A program made the position numbers and the translations under genes. The notes below the pieces were generated by a model. It searched no databases, was not told the origin of the DNA, and saw only the letters and a list, made by a program, of their open reading frames with translations. Shown piece by piece: positions 24,821-38,350 of a stretch of DNA of 64,000 nucleotides. Where the stretch lies: the NCBI GenBank assembly GCA_964016885.1, contig OZ024740.1, positions 314,588,001 through 314,652,000 of the forward strand, read 5' to 3'. This DNA comes from Eledone cirrhosa (Eukaryota). Numbering within the stretch: the stretch's first letter is position 1; every line of letters begins with the position of its first letter.

Positions 24821-27570
24821 CAACTTTGTGTAATTACTCTACCAAATTTGTGTATTGTTAAATTAGACCAAGACCCTTTACAGCATAAACAATATTAAAT
24901 CAACAAACAGACATTTACCCAACAGCATTACAAATACTTACAAAATGTCTAGTGCCAAAGCATACATTAACATTTTATTAACCTAGAAGTGAAATTTATA
25001 GCTATCAGCTTTAATATAAGTTATGGAGTAGATTATTTACCCTTCCATTTCCTATTTGTTACTCTTAAAGATCACAAAGCTAATTATTCTCGTTACCCAA
25101 AATGTAGACTAATCAACCCTGTAAAACACAAATACTAGTCTCTATTTTACATAGAATAACAAAAATGTAGCTATTTCCCTGTGGAACAACAGTCTGACAG
25201 CAATAGAATGGTTTAATAGCATTATTGATAAATATTTCTAATATTTGCGCCGTGACCAATAGGAACACTGTAAATTTACCTAATTCCATATCATGAATGT
25301 TTATCCTATTACCAAACCTCTTTTTCAAAGTTTTAGCCATCACCAACATCATTGTACTTGGCAGCAAATCAAAATAGTCATGCTCCCCTTCCCTGCTTTT
25401 TTTTTGACAATTCTACCTAAAATTAGAGACAAATTATTCAGTGACTCAAATGGAGGGAGAGGGGGTTATGGGGTCTTGAGGATACTTTATAACAGAGTAA
25501 AGAAAATAGAAAATGGCTAAATAGAAAATAGCTATCAACTTAAAATTGAAAACTGTAGATTTTAAAAGCTACAAAAATATTTTTGTTGTTTAAGTAACTT
25601 AACGGTCTACCAACCATTAAAAAAAATTATATATTCTTTCCAAAAAATTCCTTCTCCTTCCCACCTTTGCTAACTTTATTTTAATTGAATTTTTTTTTTC
25701 TTTCAATAATCATATATCATTGTGTTTCATTAATGCTTTTTATGCTATTTAATTTTGTTTTATTATTTAATGTCCAACATACACATTCTCGCTGGTCTTC
25801 TTTCCCCATTTCTACATTACACTTAGCTAAGAAATGTTTTACCCAGTTTACAGGTACATTTAGCCAACAATAACAAGTACTATAACATATTTAATAGGAA
25901 CAATGTTTAACTTATAGCTGTGCACTTAACTCTGCCACATAAATAGCCAACACGAATACCAAAAACTTATCTGACAACAACAACTTTTATCCCCCTCTAA
26001 CATGTAACTGTATCAACCCCATGAATTTCCCATTCAACAGTCTATGTTTTAAAAAATAATAATCTATTAAGTATATTACTGAAAATAACAGAGCTTCCAT
26101 CATACTTTTATGGAAGAACATTTGTTATGTTCCTACCACAGAAGATCCTTGAGTAATTGTCAAATAGATTATTAAATAATTTTAAGATCCACAATATTTC
26201 CATGTTGGCATGGGTTGGATGTGACTTTTTGAGGCATTGCCTGACAGCTAGGTGTCCTTCCTGACACAAACCCTTTTAGCCACTTCTTATGACACAGGAA
26301 TACAATGTACTTATTCTAAACTGGATAATGTGCATGTATGCATGGGAAATAAACAATTTTTCAAAAACAACTACACTGTACTTTATCAATTTTCTCGATT
26401 GGTAGCAATGAAAAGCATTTCTTTCTCAACTCATCTCATTTATATATAGATCACCTTTACGGTAGGGGGGGCTCTTTTTTATACAGCTGAAGAGTCCTCT
26501 TGCCCCTTTGTTTGGAAAGTTTTCTATAGTTGGATGCCCTTTCTATCACAAACCACTTAATAGAGTGTACTGAGTGCGTTTATTGTGTATGACAAAAAGT
26601 GCCCAGCCCACACTGTAATGTGGTCGTGTAGGTATCACGACAAAAAAGCACTCAATACACACTGTAAATGTGGTTGGCGTTAGGAAGTGCATCCAGCTGT
26701 AGAACCCAAGTCAAAATTAGTTCTGTGTGAGCAAAACTCGAAGTCATCTTTTCGTTTCTCTTGCTTGAATGTTAAGATTTTAATACCACTGAAGGCAGTT
26801 TTGACCAGTTAATTGAAATTATTTCTAGTCACCATATTTAGAGCACAACATTCTCCTTATGTATATACATTTCATGCAGAACCTTCAGGCATTTTTGTCT
26901 TTACTCTTTGATGACTTATACAATCAGCTTGTAATTCCTTTCCCCTTTCCTATTTATGTAATTGATCTTTCTAAGTAAGGCAACTGGTTAAGGAGTTCTA
27001 ATAAGAGATCCAATTTGCTAAGGAAATCCAATAAGATTGAAACCTGTCTGTTGCTTTTGCAAAGTCTGTATAAAGACAAATTCATTCCTAATGCATTGTC
27101 TAAAATTGTTTCCAAAAATTTGCATCAACTCAGACTACAGGAGTTATCTCACTTGATTGATTCTTGGAATTCATTCTCCACCACCCGAGTTTTGGTCTTG
27201 AAATTGCAAAGATAGACTCAGTTGATTGAATTTTTTCCATTCACTATATTTAAAATGCAAACATTACTTGTGTGCATCTATGTATGTATGTGTGTGTGTC
27301 TACATGTGTAAGGCCACATATAACAATCACTGTAGATCAATGCTATCATTATTTCCCTAGTTTGGCTACTTCCCAAAACACGAAAGACATTTGATGTAAG
27401 CTTGTATTTTCTGTGTTCTTTTTATTGATTCCATTTCTTTATTGCTACCTTTCTCCACTAAAATAAAGATTACAAAATAAGAGAGAGACTAGTTGCAATA
27501 CAAATGTTAATTGAATAACTACTTCTAACAGATAAATATATAAGTACTTGTTGTTTTCTTTTTAATTTTA

Positions 27571-27792
27571 ATGGTTTCTGATTTAGGCACATGGCTGACA
27601 ATTTTTGGGAGGGTAGGAGGAGAAAGTCGATTAAATCTACCCCAGTATATTACTGGTGCTTTATTTTATTGACCCTGTAAGGATGAACGGTAAAGCTAAC
27701 CCTGGTGAGATTTGAACTCAGAATGTAAAGGGCTTAATTCAATGCTGCAAAGCATGCTGTCCAACGCTCTACCAACTCTGCCAATCCACTGC
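27571..27792 (-). mobile_element. tRNA-derived SINE with Deu/Nin-like core (copies at 32322-32508-, 40588-40755+, 41330-41545-, 43540-43740-, 47727-47885+, 54748-54937+, 55641-55820+, 62102-62308+)
   Basis: Family consensus tggcagtatcggtagag...gagttcaaatccc (A/B boxes) plus ggtcaactttgcctttcatccttacggggtcgataaaataaagtaccag core. Confidence 0.85.
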
Positions 27793-28046
27793 TGTTCCTT
27801 TCATTTCTGCATATTTTCTGTACATTAGGCTGAAATTGTATAAACATTTTACCTAATTCTTTTCTATTGTTAACATTTCTGAATCAGTCTAGTTTTTCTG
27901 TAGATATCTGATTAAGTCTGGCTAAATTGAAAGATAATTCTGAACTATTGATCTGTTTTCATTCAGTTTTAAATAGAATATATGGTTCTTTCTAAGATGC
28001 AGCTTCCTGGGAAGAATGTTGCAAAGCTTAAAGTACTGTTTACATA

Positions 28047-28469
28047 TACTCTTGGGTCCCAAATAATAGGGGGTGAGGGTGTAATAAGCGCGCGCGCGGG
28101 GGGGGGGGTTTAGATCAATAATTTTTCTTAATTGTCTGCCTTGATTTAACAAAAATAAAACAGAATTAGTTGTTTATTTTAAATAATGAGACCCCAACCC
28201 ATTCTATTTATCTTATAATGTACTTTTTTTGTCATGTATAATGTTTTTTAATGTATAAAGAAAATTAATTGTTGCAGGAATGCTACCACTTAAAATAAAA
28301 TTTTGCCGGAGATAAATTAGCAAAGTTTAATAAGTAGGGTTGGAATAAGAGGGAAGGTGGTAGTGGTGGTGGTGCTAGTGGAAAAAATCTGAAAAATTAA
28401 TAAGCGGTGTGGTGGTGGTGATGGTGACGTGGGGTGAGGAGTGGTGACGATTATTCGAGACCAAAAGTA
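28047..28469. mobile_element. TA-flanked MITE
   Basis: tactcttgggtcccaaataat / attattcgagaccaaaagta inverted termini. Confidence 0.5.
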
Positions 28470-28705
28470 TTTACCAAACCTACTTGAATTATTTCTTTTC
28501 AGCTGTAAACCTGCTAGTCAATCTCAAAATTTTAATATTCTAATGTAATCATTATCTCTTAAATATCTTTATTTTGTTTAGAGCACCTGCCAAATGCTTA
28601 AACTAAATATTTAGTAGGATATTACTAAATTCTACACTCGCCTTGTAACTTGAAATTATATATGAATTCTCTAATTCTTAGCTTCTGCTAACTTTTCTGG
28701 TATCT

Positions 28706-28944
28706 TTAACCCTTTTGTTATCAATCCAGCCAAAACCAGCTCTGGTTCTATGAAATAAAATCACCCATTTTAAAGATTTCCAATTTATATTAAAATCTTC
28801 CAACATAATTTTATATAAGAACATACATTAAGTTATTATCTTAGTATAATGAAATTATTAATAATTTTAATAAATATCTCAAAATTCTTCATTAATTAAT
28901 TGAAACAGTGTATTTCATTAGAAATACGATCATGAAAGTGTTAA
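28706..28944 (+). mobile_element. piggyBac-type MITE family B (copies at 30701-30942+, 56378-56597-)
   Basis: TTAA|CCCTTT...AAAGGG|TTAA ends; shared internal gctctggttctatgaaat. Confidence 0.8.
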
Positions 28945-30492
28945 TTAGACTAAGTTGAGTAGGTCTAACTTCTGAGTTAATGTTATAAATGATTTTTGTT
29001 CATCTTCTGAAGAGAACTTTTCTTTATCTATCTATCTATTCACTCAGAATAGAGAGAATTTTACTGGTTTCAGTCATTCGACTGTGTCCATGCTGGGGCA
29101 CCACCTTGAAGGTATTTAGTCGACCATATTGAACCCAGTGCTTATTTTTTTCAAGCTTTGTAGGTATTTCATCACCCTATTCTGTTGAACTTCTAAACAA
29201 ACATTCACATACACACATATGAAAGAGATATAGCGGACATTGAGAAAGAAGATTTTTTTCTCTTGATAGCTCATTCATAATCAATATAGAGAACCACTTT
29301 TGACTTCCTTAGTATGGTTGATCATAACCTTTAAGAGAGCCACTCTTTACATCTTCTTGGTCTGACATTTCCAACTGATTTGAGCTGAAATGAGCATATT
29401 GCATCGATTGCCAAGTCTGCTGCCTAGAAAGTTTGTTTGCTCTGTTGTTCCAGAAACATTTTCATACTTGAAAGTATCTTACATCTTTATAAATCTACCT
29501 CTCAATCTGTTCAAGTGTTTCTGCTGTGCACTTTCTCTCTGCTTGAATTTTATTTTTTCCTTCTTGTCTTTTTCTCTGCTGAAAATAACAGCTTAGTAGC
29601 CTTCAAATTAACCCTAACAGCTTAAAATAGGTAGGACACATACAATAATGTGGAGGTGTGTGGCCTAGTGCTATGGGTGTTGGACTTGCAAGCATAATGT
29701 TGTGAGTTTGATTCTTGGACTAGGTTGTGTGTTGTGTTCTTGAGCAAAACACTTCATTTCATGTTGCTCCAGTATACTCAGTTGAAAACTAGTACCAGCA
29801 ATAGCTGGGGCTTTTACCTTGCGATGGACTAGTGTCCTGTCTAGGGGGAAGTCTTGTACTCTCTGTTGCTTCACGCCATGAAAATCAAAATAAACACTGT
29901 CCTGATGAGTCTCCAGGCTCGAGACAAACTTTAGATACAAGATAATGTAATCTTGCTTACATTTGTTTTATAAAAAAGATAGAATGATGGTCTTGTGTGG
30001 AGTACCTTTGATCGTATGTCTGCTTGATCATAACTAAACTAGAGTAACCAACAACACAATAAAATGTTAGTAATATTGATAATTATGACTTTATTTGAAT
30101 GTGGATGTAAGGTTGAACATTTTACTAGAAAGATGTTCTGTGTGTTGGTGTGTGTGTGTGTTTGTTTTCCAGACTGTGTGTATGTAATGAATCTTAGTTT
30201 ATTTAGATATGGAAAATATATCTGTCTAGAGTAATATTCTATGTAGAAGAGAAGAGAGATTCTTTATCCATTCACATAACACTATGATGACTAAAGATAA
30301 TTGTGAGCATGATGAGTCATTGTAGTTCATGAAAAGATTAATATGTATTAAATCTATCGATGAATAAATAAGCTAATCTCATTATTCTAATGCCATTATT
30401 CATATATAAAATAATTATGAAAGGTAATTATTATACTACTGTTGCAAATTGCATAAAAAATTAATTTTGGAATTTTAAATATTTTATTTTAG

Positions 30493-30532
30493 ATTTTTGG
30501 AACAACGGAAAGAAGGATTATGGCTAGTAGAG
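30493..30532 (+). CDS. TMX3: TMX3 exon 3 (40 nt)
   Basis: attttag acceptor and GTAAG donor; (K)FLEQRKEGLWLVE joins exon 4 to give WLVEFYAPWCGHC. Confidence 0.92.
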
Positions 30533-31362
30533 GTAAGAATTAATTTTTTAAAGTACCCTTGTAGTAAATAAAATTCATGTGTGTTTTATAAATAACAGTA
30601 CAATGTTTTAATAAGTTTTCAAAGGTTTTCTTAGTAAATCTGCTAATTATTAAATTCTGCAGATTTAGTAAGCAACTTGACAAAGCGAAACTGCATATCT
30701 TTAAGCCTTTTGTTACCAATCTGGCCAAAACGAGCTCTGGTTCTATGAAATATAATCACCCATTTTGAAGGTTTCCAATTTATATTAAAATCTTCCAACA
30801 CAATTTTATATGAGAAGAACCTTACATTAAGTTACGATCTTAGTATAATGAAATTATTTAATCATTTTAATAAATCCCTAAACATTCTTCATTAATTAAT
30901 TGAAACACTATTTCATTAGAATTACAGTCATGAAAGGGTTAATATATCGATTAGAACTTGATTAGAACTGTGAAATATTGGAGCATATAATTTATATTTT
31001 TGTATAATATAACACTGTAGAAATAAACGTAGCAGTCTTAAAGGGGTCAAAAGTTATTTATTTTAATAGTATATATATACATTACTTAGAGAAATTGAAG
31101 ACATTTAAGTCTGTGTGAGTGCATGCATATGAAAGAGAGAAATACTTAATAGTCAGATAAGTATTTCAGAAAACTGGTAGAATGCAGTAGAAATATATAA
31201 TGGGCATAATGACAAATAAAACAAAACAAAGTAATGTTTTTCTTAACCAGTATATTTCAACATAATATTTCAGGGCTAATACACTCTTTTCAAATATGAA
31301 ACATTAACTATACTAATCCTTGTGAATTTGTAATGAACAGGCACAAATATTCTAAAAATGCT

Positions 31363-31564
31363 TTAAACCTTTAGTATTTACATTACTCTATATTTACTAT
31401 TGTATTTTCACAATACAGGCTTTATCTCAATTATTTCACATAATCTTGAAGTTATGAGATTTTAATATTATTTATTTTGAGAACAATACCTTAACGTCAG
31501 TTTGATCAGAAAGAGATGAGAGAATTCTGGCCGGATATTGCCGGTTTAAATGCTAAAGGGTTAA
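31363..31564 (-). mobile_element. piggyBac-type MITE family A
   Basis: TIRs, TTAA flanks and internal homology to 252-461. Confidence 0.85.
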
Positions 31565-31733
31565 AATGTTAAAAGACAAGGAAATAACGCACATATTTAC
31601 TTGTTGAATTGCTAAGTTATGCTTTTTTGATTGGTTTATGTATAAACACAGCTACACACACCTATATAGGGTGGCCCAAAAGTCACACATATGGCTCTTT
31701 CTCTCTCCCGCTATACATATATCTTTTAATTTG

Positions 31734-31769
<36 letters not shown>

Positions 31770-31946
31770 CCATATATATATACATGTATACACACATATA
31801 TATATACATGTATACACACATATATGTGTGTATATTTATTTATATATGATGTATCATGTATATACTCTATGTATGTCTTGTTTTATTTCATAATTAATGA
31901 ATGTGGAGTTTTTTTTTTACTGTTATAAAATGTTTATTAATTTCAG

Positions 31947-32110
31947 TTCTATGCCCCATGGTGTGGTCATTGCCAGAGATTAGAACCTATCTACAATCAA
32001 GTATATTTGCAGTTGCGCCGTACTTCCATCAAAGTTGCAAAGGTAGACTGTACCAAATATTCAGTTGTGGCCAACATGTTTGGTGTCAAAGGATTCCCAA
32101 CAATAAAATT
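31947..32110 (+). CDS. TMX3: TMX3 exon 4, catalytic thioredoxin domain with WCGHC
   Basis: tttcag acceptor and GTAAG donor; FYAPWCGHCQRLEPIYNQVYLQLRRTSIKVAKVDCTKYSVVANMFGVKGFPTIK with CGHC and the cis-Pro motif GFPT. Confidence 0.97.
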
Positions 32111-33049
32111 GTAAGTGAAGCAAATGAAATCACATACATACATACATACACATAAATATATAATATATACACAGTCTCTACACACAACCCTTGCATCATT
32201 CTGATTCTCTTGGGATGTGTGCTGATACCCATCTTTTTCCATTCAGTGGGTTTATATGCCCCATTATTAGACTATATTATGTAGTCAATGTTACAGCGAA
32301 GCTTCTATTTCAATTCTAAATAATTGTTTCTACTTTAGGCACAAAGGCCAGCAATTACCCAGTGTATTACTGGTACTTTATTTTATCGACCCCGTAAGGA
32401 TGAAAGGCAAAGTCAACCTTGGCGGGATTTGAACTCAGATCGTAAAGGGAAGTAACTATGCTGGAAAGCATGGCGTCCGACCCTCTACCGATACTGCCAA
32501 TCCACCGTTTCAATTCCAAATAATGAAATATTCTTAGTATGAGTGCCAACGTTTTTGAAAATTTGAATATATTTTCATACTGTTGGTGCAAATAGTTAAC
32601 TCATTATGTTGTTCTTGCTATTAACCATTTAAGTAAGTATAGTATCTATTGCCAGCTTGAGAGACTGGTATATACTTTATATAGTAATATAGTATAATGG
32701 CTCATGACTATGTAGTTAATAGTCCTGTAGCTTTATCTCATGGTTTAATATGTACACTGGTTTTACATGTACACTGCCCAGTCCACACTGTAAAGTGGTT
32801 GTTTTGGTGCCATGATAAAGGCACCCTGTCCATCCTGTAAAGTGATTGTTTTGGTGTCACAACAAAAGGCACCCAATCCACACTGTAAATGTGGTTGGCA
32901 TTAGGAAGGGCATCCAGCTGTAGAAATGAAGACAAACAGTTGTGTGAGCAAGACACAGTTATCTAATCTGACTTGTCACACAATGGGACAACCCATCTAA
33001 CCCATGCTAGCGTAGAAAATGGATGTTAAACAGTGATGATGATGATGAC

Positions 33050-33680
33050 TAAATACAACTGTGGATTAGATGGGATATTGAGAAGTTCTAATAAAATTCC
33101 TTCACGCCATTTCACTATACAAATATTTCTATGCCAACCTGGTCGTTCTGTTTTCCAATCATGGTTGTTACTTCTTGAGTTATCTCTCTATCGAAAGTGG
33201 AGCATGCACAATGTTCCAGACTTCCCAACCTCTCATTACAAGCAAGAATATCCCGTCCAGTGAGGCCAGTGTCCCTCATCAACAGGGTCTTTATTGTTAT
33301 ATTTGGACGGCCTACTTGGCACTTTACATCTGGTAACCAGAGAATCAGTTTCCCTGCAGGTTCATCATGGCAGGAAACCAAATGACAGGATCAAGCTTTC
33401 AATGAAACTTGTGGCAGATTACCATAAAGAACTTTGTTGGTAGTATGACTTTGCTGCGAAATATTGAACACCACATATAACATCTTGGTGTAGGAACCAT
33501 CAAGTCTCCTAGAGTGAGTGAAACTGTGAGTCCAGGATTCTGAACCACATAGTAAGGTGGTTTCGACCATAGTTTTGAAGACTTTGCACTTCATTGATTG
33601 GAGTTTGTCAGACTTTTTGCAGTGAATTTGGTATGGATGGATGAAATGCTTTTCAGTATTGAGTTTTGTCAAGGTTGACT
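33050..33680 (-). mobile_element. Degenerate RTE-like LINE 3' fragment (another family)
   Basis: KVFKTMVETTLLCGSESWT...RLDGSYTKML and EPAGKLILW.P...GRPNIT. Confidence 0.7.
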
Positions 33681-33739
33681 GCTTTGAAAAGGATTGATAA
33701 AATCCTAGGATTGATGAAATAATTCCCAGTTATGTACTA

Positions 33740-33960
33740 CAGGCATGTCAAACCGAGGGTACCCCATGTCAAACCGAGGGTACCCCAAGGGCCACATGGA
33801 TCACATATATGTTGTCTGAAGACCACACACGACAACTAATTGCGTACATCACAACAAATTTTTTTATTTTATATTATGAAGATAAAACATGCTCATGCTG
33901 TAAAAACCTTTGTGCGGGCCGCAGGTTTACTTGTAAAGGGCCGCATGTTAGACATGCCTG
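33740..33960. mobile_element. hAT (Charlie-like) MITE with a perfect 8-bp target-site duplication
   Basis: ATGTACTA|CAGGCATGTCAAAC...GTTAGACATGCCTG|ATGTACTA. Confidence 0.92.
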
Positions 33961-34855
33961 ATGTACTATATACGTTTAATTGACTGTGTCACTCCTTTAC
34001 GAATTTGATGTTTTCTGCTAATGTAGAAATCATTTCTCAAAAAATAATTTTTTTAACTAGGACTAAAATATTTTTCATTAGGGTCTGTTAGTATAGTTGT
34101 TTGAAACTACTTCTACTGGTACTTACTTTATTGAGGTTCCAGTGATCATTATCATCATTTTATGTCTGCTTTCCATGGATGGGTCATTACAGTTTGAGAC
34201 TAGACAAGTCAGTGGACCACATCTCACTCATGCATTCCATTTTTGCCACTGTTTCTATGGCTGACTGCCCTTCCTAACACCAACCACTTTATAGAGTGTA
34301 CTGAGTACTTGAAGAGAAACACTGGTGTTTGAAGCAAATCTTTATAGCTTCGGGTTTCAGCATCCAGTGGCTGGTCGACTACTTAGAGAAAATGGTGGTG
34401 CCCCAGCATGGCTCTGGCAACACGTAAAAGAGTATCTATTATTTTATCTGATATTTTCTTAAAATCTATTTTATTGTCAGTTTCAATTCAGAGTTCAGAT
34501 TAATCTAAAGCCACTCTGCTGTGCCCTTGGACATGGGTTTCTCTCAGCTTACTTTAGTTAATATAGTTGAAAATAACAACCATTTCTACTACATGAATAA
34601 ATAATTTGAATTAAGATGGCATTCAGTTATAAAGAAAAGACACTTTTGTTGTTAAAATTCATGTATTCATATTTGCAAATATATCATCCAATGTTAGGCA
34701 GTGTTATGTAAAAAAGAACAACCCTAAAACCCCACTCAAAACAGATGTTGGTATTTTAATAAAATAAAATAGAATGTAATATTTTTAATAACTTTTTCTA
34801 GTCAATTTGTGATTAAAAAAAAATATCTTCTGATCTTTTTTTTTTCTATTTTCAG

Positions 34856-34936
34856 TGTGAAAGGTGAAGACATATATACTCATAGAGGAGATAGAACAAA
34901 AGAGGATATTATAAAATTTGCCCTCAAAGCTCAGAT
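34856..34936 (+). CDS. TMX3: TMX3 exon 5
   Basis: Long polypyrimidine tract plus ttcag, GTAAG donor; (F)VKGEDIYTHRGDRTKEDIIKFALKAQ(M), TMX3-like RG.RTK.DII.FA. Confidence 0.95.
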
Positions 34937-35397
34937 GTAAGTATTATGTAAATATATAATGATAGGTGATTGAAAAACCATTATTAAATAGAATTACTGT
35001 ATATATTTGAATATAAATCGAGGAATTTGTGACAAAAGAATTGATGGTAAAATGGTGTATGTGTGGAGGGGGTGTCAGATTATATATACAATCTAAACAA
35101 TGTGTTGATTTACTGCCTCGGTTTATAAATGGGGTTGGGATTTTTGCTCATTCCTTAAACATGAAATATGGGTCGACTTATATTCGAATATATATATATA
35201 ACAAAGAGGGTATGGTAAGATACCAGGTGGACCATAACACACCAGAGTACTCAATACTTGGGGTAGTAGAGTAGATAATATGAAAAGATTCAGCACACTG
35301 AGTTCGGATCTAGCTGTCGAAACGGCTGGAGCTCAGCCGTCGGGGTCCTGAATCTTTTCATATATATATATATATAGGAAAAGGGTCAGGAATATAT

Positions 35398-36025
35398 ATC
35401 ATCATCATCATCATCATCAACGTTTAACGTCCGTGTTCCACGCTTGCATGGGTTTGGACGGGGGTAGTCCCACTTGAGGCAAGAGTGATTGTCTTGCTCG
35501 CATAGGACTGTCTGGCAGGTTTTCTACAGTTGGATGCCCTTCCTAACACCAACCACATTTACAGTGTGGGTCTGGGAGGTTTTTACCGTGTTGCCTACAC
35601 GGCCACATTACAGCGTGGACTGTGTGTTTTTTTGTCGTGACACCTACACGATCTCATTTGTTTCGGCCCGGATGGCGCGGCACCAACATAACTTTACATA
35701 GGACGGGGTGGTGTGGATGGGGTGGGGGTGGTGGTGGTGGGACGGGGTGTATTTTGTTAGAGATGCCTACTGGCAAGGCGGGTCTTCTCTGTTACTGAGT
35801 ACCGCCAAAGGTCTCGGTCCAGTGACATTGTCTTGGAGAGGTGTAAGTGTGTGAGGTCGGAGTTTATCAGCTCGTCCCAGGTTTTTCTAGGTCTGCCTAT
35901 TCCGTGGCTACCGTCTATCTTTATTGCCCTGCACTTTGTTATACAGCTATCGACTTTCATGCGCATCACGTGTCCATACCAACGTAGCCTTCTCTCGAGT
36001 AAACAACATCTGATCCCTCTTATCT
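35398..36025 (-). mobile_element. RTE 3' coding fragment fused to a SINE-core-containing 3' region (second copy at 52497-53043+)
   Basis: GRPRKTWDELINSDL...EKTR followed by a 48-bp unit, the GGAAGGGCATCC core and a (GAT)n tail. Confidence 0.85.
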
Positions 36026-36849
36026 CTAATTTATATATATATATATATATATGGTAATATTCCTTTTTATAAAGGGAAGCTATTTGTTTAGACGGAAATA
36101 ATTAATTCCCTTCAATTAAGTTTAGTACAAACTATTTTTTTCCACTATTTTCTTTGTAGACAAAACAGCTAGGTCTAGCCAGATTTTCCTGGATATGTAT
36201 TATATTTTGATCCCTTGATCCCCATAGCGGACATCTCTGAAAACATATGAAATATATTTCCAGTACTAATATCACTGGAATAAATACTAAGGAACTAAAT
36301 ACATATTAGTATGCTAGCAAATATATTAAACTTAAATGATTTTAATAAATATTCTTGCTTGTAATTACTGGTAATATTTATCTGTATCTCATACATATTT
36401 CAGTAATCTTATTTTCTAAATGATTCTTTTTTTCCCCCCATCACAATCGATATGCAATCTTGTTCATTGATTCTGTTTACATGAAGACTACACTTTGTTT
36501 TATCAGTCCTTTCCATTGAACTAGGTTGGTGTCATAGAGAGGATAGACTCACTGTATTGGACTGCAATCTGGGAAAGAACTTTCTAGGTGCTAATACATA
36601 GTCACTCTATATTGAGAGGGACCTTAGAAAAAAACGTGTCTGTATATGTATGTTATTTGAAGGATACGACAATGTAAAATGAATGCTAGATTACAGAATA
36701 CATTGAAGGTAACAAAAATGTTGGTGTGTCACATCATCATCATTTACCTGTCCTAATATTTTGGGTCTAAAACCCTTCGTTTATAATAAGAAACTGGGTT
36801 GCAGTTTGTGCTATTGTTGTCGTTATCAGTTTGGCATTTTTTCTTCCTT

Positions 36850-37085
36850 TTTGTATGTGTATGTAAATATCCATGTATTTATGTTTGTATGTGTGTGTGT
36901 GTGTAAATATGTATGTATTTATATTTGTATGTGCGTGTGTGCATGTATATATGTATGTATTTATGTTTGTATGTGTGCATAAATATGTATATATTTATGT
37001 TTGTGTGTGTAAATATGTATGTATTTATGTTTGTATATGTGTATGTGCATGTGTGTGTGTAAATATTTATGTTTGTGTGTGTGAA
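36850..37085 (+). repeat. TG/TA-rich low-complexity repeat
   Basis: Direct inspection. Confidence 0.85.
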
Positions 37086-38069
37086 AAAGATTAGAGGGAT
37101 CAAAGCTGATGGAAACATGAGATGGACATATTGGGAAGGAGACCCAAATGTAGCAAATATAGATATAGTTTCCAGCCTTCAACACTATCGCAAGTTTAAT
37201 GTTTATATCACAATGCTTGTTCATATAAGCAGGCAGTTCATCTTCAGCATGATATGTCATGAATGATTGCAGCCCTTTGTCATTGTGATGTATATATAAT
37301 ATTTGTTTGTGTTTAGCAAGGCTGAATGACCAAGAAGTTTGCTTTGTAATCATAAAATCTTGTTATCTTGGACAAATGTCATTTATCATCGCCTTATGTC
37401 GAGCAAGCCCTGTGAGTAAAATTGGTTTACAGTAAATGTTTGGAAGGTCGTTGAATGGACTGTTCCTACAATTTGAGGGGAAGGACAGCCATCTCAGATA
37501 CTGTGTCATGCTGCATCTCCCTGAAAATTACATTAAGGGTACATGTGTTTCTGGAATACTCAACCACTTGCAAATTAATTTCATGAGAATGCTGTTTTGT
37601 TTATCAAACAACTGGCATGCTCATCATCAAAACTGACTGTGGTTCATTCTATGGGTCTACATATGTATGAACGTCAGATTGAATGTTTTGCAGTATTTGT
37701 TTCAGGTCTCTGCTCTCTCAGTTCAAATCCTATTGAGGTCAACTTTGCCTTTCATCCATTCGAGGTTGATCCTTCCTCTATATATCTTTCTCACTTCCTT
37801 CCTCTCACTCTATCCTTTTCTGGAAGAAATTTGCTGTGTTCAGACCTGGAGAGGGATGGCCTCTGTCAGGTTTAAAATACACAAGAAATGCTGTATGCCA
37901 CCACGGTGCCCCTACAATTCCACTAGGAGTTATGGGCACATACATACATGTGTAGATTATTTTTCCTTCTGTAAAAGACCAGAAAATAAAAAAAGATAAC
38001 CTCTCTACTTTCCTTATATGACTGGTCTGCTTAATCCTAGGAGCTATGCGGTGTATGTGTGTGTGTTCT

Positions 38070-38350
38070 GAAGGAAACTAGGTGTAGATGAATAGCTTTT
38101 AGGAGCAGTGCAAACCATATACAAAAGAACTGTAATTAAAGTAAGACTAGATAATGAGTTTAGCAAAGAATTTATGTGCAGATAGGTATTCATCAGGGCT
38201 CAATCTTCAGCCCACTCCTGCTTATCATATTTCTCTAGGCCATAACATAGAAATTTAAGATTGGCTGTCCATGGGACCTTCTGTATTCTGACAACCTGAT
38301 TCTTATAGCTGAATCTGTGGAAGTGCTAGAAAAGAAATTCCAGTAGTGGA
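38070..38350 (+). mobile_element. Degenerate RT fragment of the RTE family
   Basis: catcagggctcaatcttcagccc and ggctgtccatgggacctt homologous to 19650-19810. Confidence 0.75.

Noticed and set aside
28088-28108. (GC)5 plus G-run as a Z-DNA or G-quadruplex element
   Set aside because: Short, inside a MITE, and without support for function
29895-29930. CTGATGA-GTCTC-loop-GAGAC resembling a hammerhead core in SINE tail type 2 (also at 46303)
   Set aside because: No GAAA after stem II in the copies inspected, and no stem III or cleavage triplet
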